Of a DNA stretch of 64,000 bases, positions 35,250 to 46,128 are shown in pieces. The stretch is from positions 369,203 to 433,202 of the forward strand of contig DAOMRS010000001.1 of assembly GCA_035445995.1 (NCBI GenBank), written 5' to 3'. The position numbers and the translations under genes are program-made. Below the pieces are notes generated by a model. That model saw nothing but the letters and a program-made list of their open reading frames with translations. It made no database searches and was not told where the DNA came from. The stretch is from Candidatus Babelota bacterium. Lineage in GTDB: Bacteria; Babelota; Babeliae; Babelales; Vermiphilaceae. How positions within the stretch are numbered: the stretch's first letter is position 1; each line of letters starts with the position of its first letter.

Positions 35250-36977
35250 ATGAACCTACGCTCACAACACACACTCAATTACAAGATCTACATCATCGCT
35301 TATATTACCTATTGTATTATCGGCATTATGGTGCTTCGTTTAATGTACCTACAGATCAGTTTAACGGAACGCTTTACCACACGCAGTCAAAAAAACTTTT
35401 TGCAAATCAAAACAATACAATCACCTCGCGGCAATATTATTGACCGCTATGGCAGATTACTCGCTACCAACCGTCCACTCACTAATTTACTATGGCAAGG
35501 TACCGGACAATATCGCTTGCTACCAGAGCAATACGATATGCTTGAAAAAATAAGTGCTATAGTCAATAAACCAATCACACACGATGAAGAATTAATAAAA
35601 AAAATTACACACGCAGAACGTCACCGCAAGCAAACACTTATTGCAACTGATCTATCACTCGAACAGTTAAGCCAAATTGCAGAACAGTTTTCAAGCACAT
35701 CAAATATAACTATTTCAACCCACTTTAAACGACATTACCCACACCACGCCTTTGCAAGTCATTTGCTCGGCTATCTTGGCACTATGGGCATAGATCAATA
35801 TGGCAAAACAGGACTGGAAAAATTATTTGAAGACACACTCAAAGGTGAACACGGAACCGAAGTAAATGTTATCGATTCACTTGGTCGCAATGTAACACAA
35901 ACCACACTCAAAGAAGCTCTTTGTGGTAACACCATACAAACCACGTTAGATATTGATTTACAACAACTGTGTGAGAATGTATTTCCTGCTGATGTATGTG
36001 GTACCTGCATTATTATGGACCCGACCGATGGCGCATTACTTGCCGTATTGTCTCGTCCTAATTTTGATCCAACTATTTTTTTAGAAAAAATACGTGATGA
36101 TGTATGGCAAGAATTACAAAAAAACAATCCTTTTTTAAATCGCGCATTTAACGCTATGTACCCTCCCGGCTCCATATTTAAACTCATTACCATAACTGCA
36201 GCACTTGAAGAACATTTAATAGAACAAGACGCCACCTTTAACTGTAAGGGCTTCTATACGTTTGGTGATCATACGCACTGGTGTAATCGTAAATCAGGCC
36301 ACGGTAAATTAACACTTAATCAAGCTTTAGCACAATCATGTAACCCGCCACTGTATTACATTGGCGCTCATATGGATATTGATACATTGGCAAGCTATGC
36401 GTATAAATTCGGCTTAGGCAAAAAGACAAATACTATGTTCCCTGAGCAAACAGGCATTGTCCCAAATAAAAGTTGGAAACAAGAAAAAAAAGGAGAACGA
36501 TGGTGGCCTGGTGAAACCTTGTCGGTCGCAATTGGCCAAAGCTTTTTATTGGCAACACCTATCCAAATCGCACGTATGATCTCTGCCATTTACACGGGTT
36601 ATTTAGTAAATACACGCATTCTGTTTAATCAACCTATAGAAAAGCAATTACTTGATATCAATCAAGACACACGTAAATTCCTAAAAAAATCAATGCGACG
36701 AGTAGTTACTAGTGGTACAGGTAAACGATTAAAATATCTAAAAGATATCAAAGTCTATGCAAAAACGAGTACTGCTCAAACAAGTGCTCTAGAAAAACGT
36801 AATTTATCCGCTGATTATTGGGAACACGGTTGGTTTGCAGGCAACATTGTGTATAAAGACCATGCACCACTAACCATAGTGATATTGGTAGAACGTGCCG
36901 GTTCAGCTTCAGTATCAACCGAAATTGCCAAGGAGTTCTTAATTAGATATAAAAAGCTAATGGATGGAAAAGTTTAA
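35250..36977 (+). CDS. penicillin-binding protein 2 family peptidoglycan transpeptidase
   Basis: N-terminal TM anchor and PBP dimerisation region. Transpeptidase S-x-x-K motif PPGSIFK. The late motif is KTSTAQ (K-T-G-type position). Confidence 0.85.
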   Translation: MNLRSQHTLNYKIYIIAYITYCIIGIMVLRLMYLQISLTERFTTRSQKNFLQIKTIQSPRGNIIDRYGRLLATNRPLTNLLWQGTGQYRLLPEQYDMLEKISAIVNKPITHDEELIKKITHAERHRKQTLIATDLSLEQLSQIAEQFSSTSNITISTHFKRHYPHHAFASHLLGYLGTMGIDQYGKTGLEKLFEDTLKGEHGTEVNVIDSLGRNVTQTTLKEALCGNTIQTTLDIDLQQLCENVFPADVCGTCIIMDPTDGALLAVLSRPNFDPTIFLEKIRDDVWQELQKNNPFLNRAFNAMYPPGSIFKLITITAALEEHLIEQDATFNCKGFYTFGDHTHWCNRKSGHGKLTLNQALAQSCNPPLYYIGAHMDIDTLASYAYKFGLGKKTNTMFPEQTGIVPNKSWKQEKKGERWWPGETLSVAIGQSFLLATPIQIARMISAIYTGYLVNTRILFNQPIEKQLLDINQDTRKFLKKSMRRVVTSGTGKRLKYLKDIKVYAKTSTAQTSALEKRNLSADYWEHGWFAGNIVYKDHAPLTIVILVERAGSASVSTEIAKEFLIRYKKLMDGKV

Positions 36978-36990
36978 ATATAATCTATAT

Positions 36991-37024
36991 AAAAAAAGGG
37001 ACCCCCAAGGGCCCCTTAAATTTT
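36991..37024. terminator. bidirectional terminator-like hairpin between the PBP2-family gene and rpsT
   Basis: A7-GGGaCCC-ccaa-GGGcCCC-TT hairpin. It has a clean T-run on the minus strand (rpsT side) and a weaker one on the plus strand. Confidence 0.55.
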
Positions 37025-37038
37025 GAATACAGCATCAT

Positions 37039-37308
37039 TTACGCACGATCAGCTTGTGCAACTTTTTTTGCCAAGCGACTCATTTTGCGAGCTGCGGTAC
37101 CGGCATGGATTAAGCCTTTGCTTTTTGCACGGCTTAATTGGGCACTCACGTCTTTCAATAATTCTTTTGCTTGTGCAACATCTTGTTCTTCAAGCGCTAC
37201 TAATACTTTTTTAGTTGCTGTTTTGATTGCAGATTTGCGTGCAAGATTACGTACTGATTTTTTTTCTGTTTGTTTTACGCGTTTTTTTGCAGATTTAATA
37301 TTTGGCAT
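37039..37308 (-). CDS. rpsT: 30S ribosomal protein S20
   Basis: MPNIKSAKKRVKQTEKK... is a typical S20 N-terminus. 89 aa, basic. Confidence 0.92.
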   Translation of the reverse strand: MPNIKSAKKRVKQTEKKSVRNLARKSAIKTATKKVLVALEEQDVAQAKELLKDVSAQLSRAKSKGLIHAGTAARKMSRLAKKVAQADRA

Positions 37309-37333
37309 CGATGCCCCTTTAGATTACCCGGAA

Positions 37334-37537
37334 TTAAATAACTTTTTGAACTTTACCAGCTTTTACACACTTAGTACAAACTTTACCACGGTGCACGGTG
37401 TTCTTGCTACTGCCAACTAGGGTAAAACGCATAGCGTGAACATTCGGATATACCCATTTTTTTGTACGGTTATTTGCATTACTAACATTCATGCCAACGC
37501 TTGGACCTTTGTTGCATACTGCACAAATTCTTGCCAT
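37334..37537 (-). CDS. rpmB: 50S ribosomal protein L28
   Basis: MARICAVCNKGPSVGMNVSNANNRTKKWVYPNVH... matches the L28 pattern (C-x-x-x-G/K...N-x-S-H-A-x-N-x-T-K-R). Start moved to ATG 37537. Confidence 0.85.
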   Translation of the reverse strand: MARICAVCNKGPSVGMNVSNANNRTKKWVYPNVHAMRFTLVGSSKNTVHRGKVCTKCVKAGKVQKVI

Positions 37538-37653
37538 GAGACAAACCTCTTGAGCTTTAAGTGATTTTTTAGATACCTGCCCCATGGGCAGTATAAGCTG
37601 ATTAGTTACCTATTTATAGAATCTCACTATACCAAAAGTTCATAATTTTTCAA

Positions 37654-38448
37654 CTAAAAACCCGCCATTTTCAACTCTTTTATCAATCCTTGATAAACTA
37701 CCGGGGCGCCTGCAATACACGAAGTATAGTTGGGGGTAACATTCTTACCTGTAATGTCTGTTACCTGACCCCCTGCCTCTTGGATTAATAATATTCCTGC
37801 AGCTACATCCCACCATGCCAAATACGTCAAAAATAAGCCATCTAAACGGCCACATGCTACATAAGCAAGGTCCAAAGCAGCCGCTCCAAAATGCCTTACT
37901 GCCCTGGCTTTTTTTGCTATAGAACCAAGGGCATCTACCAATGGACCACGTTGCTTGCGCAAATAGGGCAAGCTAATGGCAACTATGGCATCATCAAATA
38001 CATGTGGCGTTGAAACGTTAATCTGTTGGCCGTTGAGCCAAGCTCCTTTGCCATGCTCAGCATAAAAAAATTCATTTAAAATAGGTTGATATATAGCTGC
38101 TACAATAGGAATATTGTTTTCAGTCAATGCAACCGAAATGCAAAAATATGACAGCCCTTGAGCAAAGTTAGTAGTACCATCAAGCGGGTCTATTACCCAC
38201 TGCAAGACAGCTGTTCCTGAACTACCCGATTCCTCTGCTAATATGCTTGCTTCTGGCAATAATGCATGCAATTCTTTTTTTAAGAACTCTTCACTTGCTA
38301 TATCTGCCTGGGTAGCAAAGCTATTACCTGATTTGGGCATGCGAGTCAATTGCTGTGCGGTAGGTACGTAGGAAAGTATAATATCACCTGCCGCACGCAT
38401 GATAGGCTCAAGTTGCTGCTGCCAATCAAGCACTCCTTTTTTGTGCAT
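37654..38448 (-). CDS. suhB: inositol monophosphatase family protein
   Basis: WVIDPLDGTTNF and WDVAAG motifs of the IMPase family. Confidence 0.85.
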   Translation of the reverse strand: MHKKGVLDWQQQLEPIMRAAGDIILSYVPTAQQLTRMPKSGNSFATQADIASEEFLKKELHALLPEASILAEESGSSGTAVLQWVIDPLDGTTNFAQGLSYFCISVALTENNIPIVAAIYQPILNEFFYAEHGKGAWLNGQQINVSTPHVFDDAIVAISLPYLRKQRGPLVDALGSIAKKARAVRHFGAAALDLAYVACGRLDGLFLTYLAWWDVAAGILLIQEAGGQVTDITGKNVTPNYTSCIAGAPVVYQGLIKELKMAGF

Positions 38449-38460
38449 ATATGAACCTAA

Positions 38461-40290
38461 TTAAGAAAGTTTATGTTCAGTACGCGGCTCAATACCAAGC
38501 AACACATAAATTTCACCTGCATACATCGTTTCTTTTTCTAACAATGCTTGTGACAATGCATCAAGTTTATCACGATTTGAACGCAATAAATCACATGCTT
38601 TTGTATAACACATATCTATGATATTTTTTACTTCTGCATCCAATTGTTCTGCTGTTTTTTGTGAATACACAAAGTCTTGGTTGCTTTGGCCATATATAAT
38701 AGGCCCTACTTGTGCAGACATACCATAGTTACACACCATAGCGCGTGCAATTTTACTTGCTACTTGAAAGTCACTGTATGCTCCCGTAGTTGCAGAATCA
38801 AACACCAGTTCTTCTGCAGCACGACCACCCAATGCAGACGCAATCGATGCAAGCATTTCATCTTTAGTAGACGTATGTTTTTCACGTTCAGGCAAATAAT
38901 GAGTAACACCTAACGCACGACCACGAGGAATAATAGTAACTTTATGTAATGGATCAGTATGCTCTGGCATTAATAAACGAACTAATGCATGTCCTGCCTC
39001 ATGATATGCAGTAACTTTTTTGTCATTTTCAGTTAATACAATAGTTTTAAGTTCTTTGCCAAGCATAATTTTATCACGTGCTTCTTCAAAGTCCTCTATA
39101 GTGACATAGCCTTGTTCACGTTTTGAAGCAATAATTGCCGCTTCGTTAATTAAATTTGCAAGATCCGCACCAGAAAAACCTGGAGTCCCTTGTGCTATTT
39201 TCTTTAAATCAACATTTTCAGAATCAACTTTTACGTGCTGTGCATGCACACGTAAAATCTGTTCACGACTAGTAACATCCGGATATGGTACATCAACATG
39301 GCGATCAAAACGACCTGGTCGCAACAATGCTTTATCAAGAACGTCCACCCTATTGGTAGCTGCAAGCACAATAACCGGTGCTTCATTTGTTTGAAACCCA
39401 TCCATTTCTGTCAATAATTGGTTGAGCGTTTGTTCGCGCTCATCATGCCCCCCACCAAGACCACTACCACGGTGACGCCCTACTGCATCAATCTCATCAA
39501 TAAATACGATACATGGCGCATGTTTACGCGCTTGTGCAAACAAGTCACGAACACGTGCTGCACCTACACCAACAAAAACTTCTATAAAATCTGAACCACT
39601 AATACTAAAGAATGGACAGGTAGCTTCTCCTGCTACTGCACGAGCAAGCAATGTTTTACCATTTCCCGGCTCACCAACTAACAACACGCCACGTGGAATT
39701 TTAGCTCCCATGCGTTTATATTTTTGTGGATTTTTAAGAAAATCAACTACATCTTTGAGTTCTTCTTTTGCTTCAGTTACACCTGCAACGGAATTGAATG
39801 TTTCTTTAATAGTTGAAGGCATAAATAACTTAGCACGGCTTTTGCCCATGCTGAAAATATTGCCAGCACCACCACCATTAGAACCACCGCGTGATTGACG
39901 CATAAAAAAGAATATTCCCCAACCCAAAAGCAATAATAGGGGCAGAAGTGGTAAGAAATACCAAAGATTAAGAGTATGTGTTGAGGGAGAAACAACCATT
40001 TCTACATTATGTTCACGTAGAAGATCCCAATCCTTTTGACTAGTACCTATTACCGTTTCAAAATGAGTTCCATCCTTCAAAACGCCATAGACATCTTGTC
40101 CAGAAATACGTACACCACGTACCTCTGCTTGCTCGACTTTATCTAAGAATTGCGAATAACTCATAGTTTGAATAGTACGGTTTTGCTCGGTCAGTTGATG
40201 TAAAACATATAAGCTACCTACGAATATCAATGCTGCAATAAGGATATTTTTAGGGGTATTGCCCCAAGATTTTGTTTGTTTTTTTTTCAT
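38461..40290 (-). CDS. ftsH: ATP-dependent zinc metalloprotease FtsH
   Basis: Two N-terminal TM helices, Walker [12 protein letters not shown], Walker [32 protein letters not shown], and zinc site HEAGHAL. Confidence 0.95.
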   Translation of the reverse strand: MKKKQTKSWGNTPKNILIAALIFVGSLYVLHQLTEQNRTIQTMSYSQFLDKVEQAEVRGVRISGQDVYGVLKDGTHFETVIGTSQKDWDLLREHNVEMVVSPSTHTLNLWYFLPLLPLLLLLGWGIFFFMRQSRGGSNGGGAGNIFSMGKSRAKLFMPSTIKETFNSVAGVTEAKEELKDVVDFLKNPQKYKRMGAKIPRGVLLVGEPGNGKTLLARAVAGEATCPFFSISGSDFIEVFVGVGAARVRDLFAQARKHAPCIVFIDEIDAVGRHRGSGLGGGHDEREQTLNQLLTEMDGFQTNEAPVIVLAATNRVDVLDKALLRPGRFDRHVDVPYPDVTSREQILRVHAQHVKVDSENVDLKKIAQGTPGFSGADLANLINEAAIIASKREQGYVTIEDFEEARDKIMLGKELKTIVLTENDKKVTAYHEAGHALVRLLMPEHTDPLHKVTIIPRGRALGVTHYLPEREKHTSTKDEMLASIASALGGRAAEELVFDSATTGAYSDFQVASKIARAMVCNYGMSAQVGPIIYGQSNQDFVYSQKTAEQLDAEVKNIIDMCYTKACDLLRSNRDKLDALSQALLEKETMYAGEIYVLLGIEPRTEHKLS

Positions 40291-40440
40291 CGTGTTTGAA
40301 CCTAGATTTGTGAGTTTTTACCTGGGATTTGCTTGCAAAAAACAAGCAACCATTTCTAGTTGAATATTACCATAAATGATACTTTATAGCAACCCTGCGA
40401 ACCTGCTCAATCAGTCTTATTACTAGGTAAATTTACCCTA

Positions 40441-41757
40441 TTAAACCACTGGATATGTGCCGTAAATCGGCGACCAAGTAGGGTAATCACAATGCGCTAC
40501 TACGGGCGTAATATAGTGCCAATCTGAGGTCAACATGTTAAAAATACCCAAACGGGATCGGTCAGCCCGTTCTACTGATGCCAAAATATAATTGCCACAT
40601 GGGGACCACGAACATTCATCCTTGTTTGCTTTATCATGGGTAATCTGTGTATGTTTTTTAGTGGCAATATCATAGGTAAAAATTTGCATAACCCCTTCTA
40701 CTCGCTTAATATAGGCTATGCAGTTTTTAGTAGCACAATAGCTTGGCGAAGCACAATAACCTTCGCTAGAAATACGTTCTACTCGCCCAGTTGCCAGTTC
40801 ATATTGAAAAATCTGTGGATATTCGGTCAAAAAATCAGAACAGAAAAACACAGTATTACCATCCGCAGTAAGCGTTGGTGAAACATTATTGCCATGCTGC
40901 ATGGAACGATGTGTTATCGGATCAGTATATTGTAGTTTTTTGAATTTACTTGTTGCATCATAATAATATAGTTGGCAGTTGCCATCGCCACGTGACGCGC
41001 AATATACTACTTTTTTCCCATCATCAGAAAATGAAGTCAACATATTAATACCATCAAAGTCTGAAGCAATGCGCCGTTGTTTTTTCATATTAACTACCAT
41101 CAAGCGTACATTTTCATTGGTATATTCTGAATAAAAAATTAATGGATTTTGCGCATCATGATTCCAACGCGGCACAACATTCACGGTTGGCGTATTAACA
41201 ATAATTTTCTCATTCTTACCATCATAATCGGCAACACAAATATGCTTGATACTTTTGCCTTTTATCGGATCTATTTTTTTACAGTAAGCTATTTTAGTTG
41301 AAAAAAAACCAGGCTGCCCGGTTAGTGTTGGCCACACAGCATCTGCTATATTATGCGCCCATCCATTTGGATCTATACTACGTTTTGTATATTTTTTACC
41401 TTTCACCATATGCACACAAGCAGTGTCGTATACACGCCATTCGAATGCGCTCCCCTGTTTTGCTTCACTCATAAATATGGCCAATGGATAGCCCTGCTTG
41501 AATAAATCTTTAATATCTTTTTTTGATAAAGGCGTTTCTATTGGTTTAATTGCTACATCAAACTGACCACTAAATGTTAAATCATCTTGTAATCGTCCCG
41601 CAACTTGAAATAGTTGCGAATTTGAATCACCTACAACACAAATAGCTAATGGGACTTTTGCACGTTGTACACCTTGTACATCTATGTTTTGCGTTGGGTG
41701 TGTATAGGTTACTACTACACACATGACACTCAATAAACGATAAAAAATTTTAGTCAT
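40441..41757 (-). CDS. tolB: TolB-like periplasmic beta-propeller protein
   Basis: Signal peptide, N-terminal TolB-type domain and repeated propeller blades (PRWNHDAQNPLIFYS, SFSDDGKKVVY, PTLTADGNTVFF, SWSPCGNYI, PTWSP). It lies directly downstream of tolQ-tolR-tolA-like. Confidence 0.8.
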   Translation of the reverse strand: MTKIFYRLLSVMCVVVTYTHPTQNIDVQGVQRAKVPLAICVVGDSNSQLFQVAGRLQDDLTFSGQFDVAIKPIETPLSKKDIKDLFKQGYPLAIFMSEAKQGSAFEWRVYDTACVHMVKGKKYTKRSIDPNGWAHNIADAVWPTLTGQPGFFSTKIAYCKKIDPIKGKSIKHICVADYDGKNEKIIVNTPTVNVVPRWNHDAQNPLIFYSEYTNENVRLMVVNMKKQRRIASDFDGINMLTSFSDDGKKVVYCASRGDGNCQLYYYDATSKFKKLQYTDPITHRSMQHGNNVSPTLTADGNTVFFCSDFLTEYPQIFQYELATGRVERISSEGYCASPSYCATKNCIAYIKRVEGVMQIFTYDIATKKHTQITHDKANKDECSWSPCGNYILASVERADRSRLGIFNMLTSDWHYITPVVAHCDYPTWSPIYGTYPVV

Positions 41758-41766
41758 AATAATCCT

Positions 41767-42558
41767 TTATGCTTTCAATGTTATGGGAAATGTTGCACCC
41801 CATGCCCAGCGCGGCCACTCAATTGCCAAGATTGTAGCCCGTACTTGAACATCAAACATTAAGATGTTGGATGATGTCGTTATTTCTGCTCTTTTGACCA
41901 CTCCATGCCCATCTACCTCAACCATAACACTACACGCACATCCATCAGGCACCCCATGCGGTGGATGCCAGCGGTTTGCAAGTTCTTGATATAACTCTTG
42001 GTAACGATATGCAGCTTGCGCATCACGATATGACACTATTATTTTGCTCGTATCAACTACACCATCCTGGGCTACCGCAACATGGTCAGACATAGCTTTG
42101 GCAGATTGTTCTTGGACTACCGGCTTTTTTTCTACTGTCTGTGCTTTTGACTTTTGTTGTACAGGCTTGGCTAACTCTTTTTTTGGCGCTATTTTTTTTT
42201 CTATCGGTTTGCCAACAGGCTTTGTAACTTTTTTAGGTTGTGGTATTACTTTTTTTTGAGGCACTTTTTTTTCTTGTACAAATGCCGTTTTAGGAGCAAC
42301 TTGTTTAGCTTGCGCTGCTTGCTTTACTGGTTGTTTTGTCACACGCTGTACCTGTTTTGGTTGCGCCTCAAGCATCACCATAACTTCACAATCAATTTGC
42401 TGACGATTATGCATATTAAAAATAAGCTCATCAAATTGATCACGATAGCCTACAAATACTATTGCTAAAAATAATGTATGCAAAAGAAGCGAACAACCAA
42501 TTAATGGGAACCAAACACGCAGATGTTTATGTATGCTTCTGTGAAACCAATGCAACAT
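41767..42558 (-). CDS. TolA/TonB-like energy-transducer protein
   Basis: N-terminal TM anchor, K/P/Q/V-rich linker (KQPVKQAAQAKQVAPK...KKVIPQPKKVTKPVGKPIEKKIAPKK) and a small C-terminal domain. Position is between tolR and tolB. Confidence 0.7.
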   Translation of the reverse strand: MLHWFHRSIHKHLRVWFPLIGCSLLLHTLFLAIVFVGYRDQFDELIFNMHNRQQIDCEVMVMLEAQPKQVQRVTKQPVKQAAQAKQVAPKTAFVQEKKVPQKKVIPQPKKVTKPVGKPIEKKIAPKKELAKPVQQKSKAQTVEKKPVVQEQSAKAMSDHVAVAQDGVVDTSKIIVSYRDAQAAYRYQELYQELANRWHPPHGVPDGCACSVMVEVDGHGVVKRAEITTSSNILMFDVQVRATILAIEWPRWAWGATFPITLKA

Positions 42559-42946
42559 GTTTTACTCCGCCAACAACTTTAATTTGATCAACTAACTCAA
42601 AAACTTTTCCATATGCTGCTTGCGTATCTGCTTTTACAAATACGGTACGATCTTGTTGTATATTGAGTTCTTTTTTAAGTGTCACAATCAAATCTTTGTC
42701 AGCTATCGGCGTACCATTGAAAAATAATTTTCCTGTTTGATCCACATACACCACAATTTCTTGATTACCACCACGCGCCTCTTTTGCTTGCCCTTTTGGC
42801 AATGTAATGCGGATGGCATTTTGCATCATAGGTGCGGCAACCATAAAAATAATAAGCAATGTAAGTGCTGTATCAATGAGTGGTGTAAGCGAAATATCTT
42901 GCAGAGCCTTTCTCTGCCGTCGTTGACGACGCAGTGATCGTTTCAT
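42527..42946 (-). CDS. tolR: biopolymer transport protein TolR/ExbD
   Basis: ISLTPLIDTALTLLIIFMV TM motif and the periplasmic domain typical of the ExbD/TolR family. Confidence 0.85.
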   Translation of the reverse strand: MKRSLRRQRRQRKALQDISLTPLIDTALTLLIIFMVAAPMMQNAIRITLPKGQAKEARGGNQEIVVYVDQTGKLFFNGTPIADKDLIVTLKKELNIQQDRTVFVKADTQAAYGKVFELVDQIKVVGGVKHVALVSQKHT

Positions 42947-42956
42947 ACTAACCTCG

Positions 42957-43616
42957 CTATTTTAAACTTTGCATACGCAGCGACAATATATCCGCTAATG
43001 TATATACGCGTTGTTCAAAGTCACGTATCTGACCTTGTATATAATTGAACATAACAAATGCAGGGATTGCGACAATTAAGCCTGCCAATGTAGTAGTCAA
43101 TGCTTGTGCAATACCAGGTGCAACTGCTACAATATCCGCTGTTTGTCGTTCACTAATACCAACAAACGCATGAATAAGTCCCCATACCGTACCAAATAAT
43201 CCAAGTAATGGTGAAACTGCTGCACTCGTAGAAAGTAATGAGATATATGCTTCCTCATCAACCAATATATTATCCAACAATTGTTCACTATATTGTTGTA
43301 GCATTTCTTTCGCATCTGATGATGATACTGCTTGTTCACGTAACACATATGCAAAATTAATATATTTTGCCATAAAATATCCAGGGAGTGTGTTTTGCAT
43401 TTGCATGGCAAGCGCACGTATATCATCATGAGTTTTTGTTTGTTGCAATTGTTTAATTGCACGTTTTATATGTTGCTTTTTAATCCGTATCACTAACAAT
43501 TTGAAAAAGAATATAGTCCAACATATGATTGATAAACCAAGTAAAATAAATAAAACTATCCAGCTGACCACATCTGATTGTTTAACCAACTGCCATAATG
43601 CATTACCCATGATCAT
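42957..43616 (-). CDS. tolQ: MotA/TolQ/ExbB proton-channel protein
   Basis: Three TM helices. Conserved block SPLLGLFGTVWGLIHAF...IAQALTTTLAGLIVAIP. Confidence 0.88.
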   Translation of the reverse strand: MIMGNALWQLVKQSDVVSWIVLFILLGLSIICWTIFFFKLLVIRIKKQHIKRAIKQLQQTKTHDDIRALAMQMQNTLPGYFMAKYINFAYVLREQAVSSSDAKEMLQQYSEQLLDNILVDEEAYISLLSTSAAVSPLLGLFGTVWGLIHAFVGISERQTADIVAVAPGIAQALTTTLAGLIVAIPAFVMFNYIQGQIRDFEQRVYTLADILSLRMQSLK

Positions 43617-43700
43617 AGTATATATCCTCGTGAAATAAAGTGTGCTGTTTAATACTCATCAAAGTGTAGCAAAGTATATACACATTTGAAAAGACGTGCA

Positions 43701-45107
43701 CTATTTTTTACTCAATATACGTCGCTTGAGCTCGTCTTTGTCTTTAATGCCCTCTTCCAACTGTATCTCATATGCTTCACGTAATAATTGTCCCATACGC
43801 GGGCCGGCCTGCACGCTATCTAATAAATCTGCACCTTGCAAAATAGGTTGCTCTATTTGGGTGAGCACGTGTGCTTGTTGTGCACGAGCACGAAACTCTT
43901 CAACCTCGGGTTGTGGATTCACCAAAGGTTCTTGACTATCTGGGTTACGTCCACGCCTATCTGCTAAGGCAAGATCTGCAAGCATCCCCATGGTAACTTG
44001 TGGTGCTAATTTGTTTGCTAATCGTTTGTATGCAGATTTTTTTGCACCGTTTTCCACAAATTGTAAAGGAGCCATATGATGACTCACTAACTTACATACT
44101 GCATCTATAAGTTCCTTATTACGTGTAATTCGCTTGAGCATGTTTCTTGTTAACGCATCACCCGCTTTATCATGTCCATGGCTCCAAATTTTACCATCAA
44201 TTTTTTGTGTATGTGTTGCTTTCCCTAAATCATGGCACAATGCTGCATACCGTAATACCAATGTATCAAATTGATTGGTATATACTGTCGCTACTGATGC
44301 ATCAAGCGTTTGCATCGTATGCTCGAACACATCGCCTTCTGGATGCCAGTCAGCTCCTTGCTCTACACCAACCAATGCATGTAACTCTGGCAACACGGTA
44401 TGCAATCTACCAATAGCTTGTATCCAACGAATACCGAGCGATGGACGCTGTGATTTGAGCATTAATTTATTAAACTCAGCCTCGATACGTTCAACAGAAA
44501 TATTCTTGATATCCATATGCATACAAATAACATTGAGCGATTCAGCTGGAACCATATTAAAACGACTAATAAACTGCATCACTCGATAAAATCTGAGCGG
44601 ATCTTGTACAAATAACTCCGCATCAGTTTCACGCAAAATTTTGTTTCGTAAGTCCTGTTGACCATGAAACGGATCAATTAATTCATAGGTAATCAAATCA
44701 ATGCCCATTGCATTAATCGTCAGATCACGTCTTCTGAAGGCTTGCACAAAACCCATAAACGGATCTATCGCTACATGTGGCTTTCTTCCATGAGTATCTG
44801 TACGAGGCAGCGACCAATCTACATCAAGTTTATGTACACGAAATACACCAAACGATTTGCCAATCAAACTCACTGGACCAAATGTACACAAAATATCTTC
44901 AACTTGTTCTGGTAATAAATTGTGTACTTCAATATCCAAATCCTTGACGGGCAAACCTAATAATAAATCTCTGACAGCGCCACCAACTAATACGACTTTA
45001 CCACCAACTGCATCAAGCGCATGCACAATATCTTGAACCAACGGATATTTTTTTAGTATTTGTGTGAGGATACTTTGCTTGCTCACATCTATTTTTGTAA
45101 ACTTCAT
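43701..45107 (-). CDS. cca: CCA tRNA nucleotidyltransferase with HD domain
   Basis: Polymerase-beta motif VGGAVRDLLLGLPVKDLDIEV, RRDLTINA, and HD domain HDLGK. Start moved to ATG 45107 (MKFTKID). Confidence 0.88.
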   Translation of the reverse strand: MKFTKIDVSKQSILTQILKKYPLVQDIVHALDAVGGKVVLVGGAVRDLLLGLPVKDLDIEVHNLLPEQVEDILCTFGPVSLIGKSFGVFRVHKLDVDWSLPRTDTHGRKPHVAIDPFMGFVQAFRRRDLTINAMGIDLITYELIDPFHGQQDLRNKILRETDAELFVQDPLRFYRVMQFISRFNMVPAESLNVICMHMDIKNISVERIEAEFNKLMLKSQRPSLGIRWIQAIGRLHTVLPELHALVGVEQGADWHPEGDVFEHTMQTLDASVATVYTNQFDTLVLRYAALCHDLGKATHTQKIDGKIWSHGHDKAGDALTRNMLKRITRNKELIDAVCKLVSHHMAPLQFVENGAKKSAYKRLANKLAPQVTMGMLADLALADRRGRNPDSQEPLVNPQPEVEEFRARAQQAHVLTQIEQPILQGADLLDSVQAGPRMGQLLREAYEIQLEEGIKDKDELKRRILSKK

Positions 45108-45152
45108 ATGGAATTTATTGTTATTAACCTTTTTTTGACAAAGGACCATATT

Positions 45153-46094
45153 ATGCAACGCACACACACTCATTTGTTCTTGTTTAGCGTATTCATATTG
45201 AATATGATAACATTTCATACCGCACAGGGTAAATTTTCTTTTAAAAAAGTCTCTTCTTGGTTTGCAACTCAACAAAATGAAGAAATTTTAGAAAAAGCAT
45301 ATGATATAGAAGAAGGGAAAAAACTTCGCGTAGAAAATATTGATGGTAATATCACTATAAAAACTGATCCTAATCAAGTAACCATAGCACTACGAGCTAT
45401 CAAACGTACCGCCCAAGCAGAACAACTAGAAGCTATAACCATAGTGAGTGAATACAATAACAATAACTTAGTGCTCAAAACAGAATATACTGCAGAAATA
45501 GTTGGCGCACAGGTAGACTATGAGCTTTCAGTTCCTGCACAAACCAAATTACATTTAATAACTCAAAAAGGTAAAATCACTATAGATGAAGCATACAGTC
45601 CAATTGTTGCAACTACCACACAAGGTGACATTACGGTTGCCAATACGCATGATGCAGTAAAATTAGAAACTAAAGAAACTGGCGCTGTACATATTGCACA
45701 CGCAGCAGGTAACGTGTACGCAACCACTACTAATGGTGCAATTATTATCGATAAAGCATACAAAAATGTTGTTGCACAAGCAGAAAAAGGTAATATCCTA
45801 CTCAACTGCATGGAAGTTCCCGCAAAAAGTACTATTCGTTTAAATACTAATGCAGGCACTATTCAATTGGCATTACCAACAGAAACCAATGCACGCTTGA
45901 AAGGCAAAACTGAACGTGGAACGCTCGTATCTGATCATTATATAACACTCAATGAACAAACTACCCAATTGAACCGCAAAGCTTGGACACGTTTTAAAAA
46001 AGAAGTTAATGGCATGCTCGGATCAGGTGAAGCACAAATTGAAGTGCATACAGCTAATGGTAATGTAAAAATTAAAGAAACTAAAACTGCCTAA
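45153..46094 (+). CDS. secreted all-beta repeat protein (DUF4097/putative adhesin-like)
   Basis: Leader LFLFSVFILNMITFHTAQG. Repetitive beta-strand pattern (GNITIKT, GKITIDE, GDITVAN, GAIIIDK, GNILLNC, GTIQLAL, GNVKIKE). Confidence 0.6.
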   Translation: MQRTHTHLFLFSVFILNMITFHTAQGKFSFKKVSSWFATQQNEEILEKAYDIEEGKKLRVENIDGNITIKTDPNQVTIALRAIKRTAQAEQLEAITIVSEYNNNNLVLKTEYTAEIVGAQVDYELSVPAQTKLHLITQKGKITIDEAYSPIVATTTQGDITVANTHDAVKLETKETGAVHIAHAAGNVYATTTNGAIIIDKAYKNVVAQAEKGNILLNCMEVPAKSTIRLNTNAGTIQLALPTETNARLKGKTERGTLVSDHYITLNEQTTQLNRKAWTRFKKEVNGMLGSGEAQIEVHTANGNVKIKETKTA

Positions 46095-46100
46095 AAAATC

Positions 46101-46121
46101 GGGGCAGCTTTTTGCTGCCCC
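46101..46121. terminator. bidirectional Rho-independent terminator
   Basis: GGGGCAGC-uuuuu-GCUGCCCC hairpin between convergent genes, preceded by an A-run. Confidence 0.7.
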
Positions 46122-46128
46122 ACCTAAC

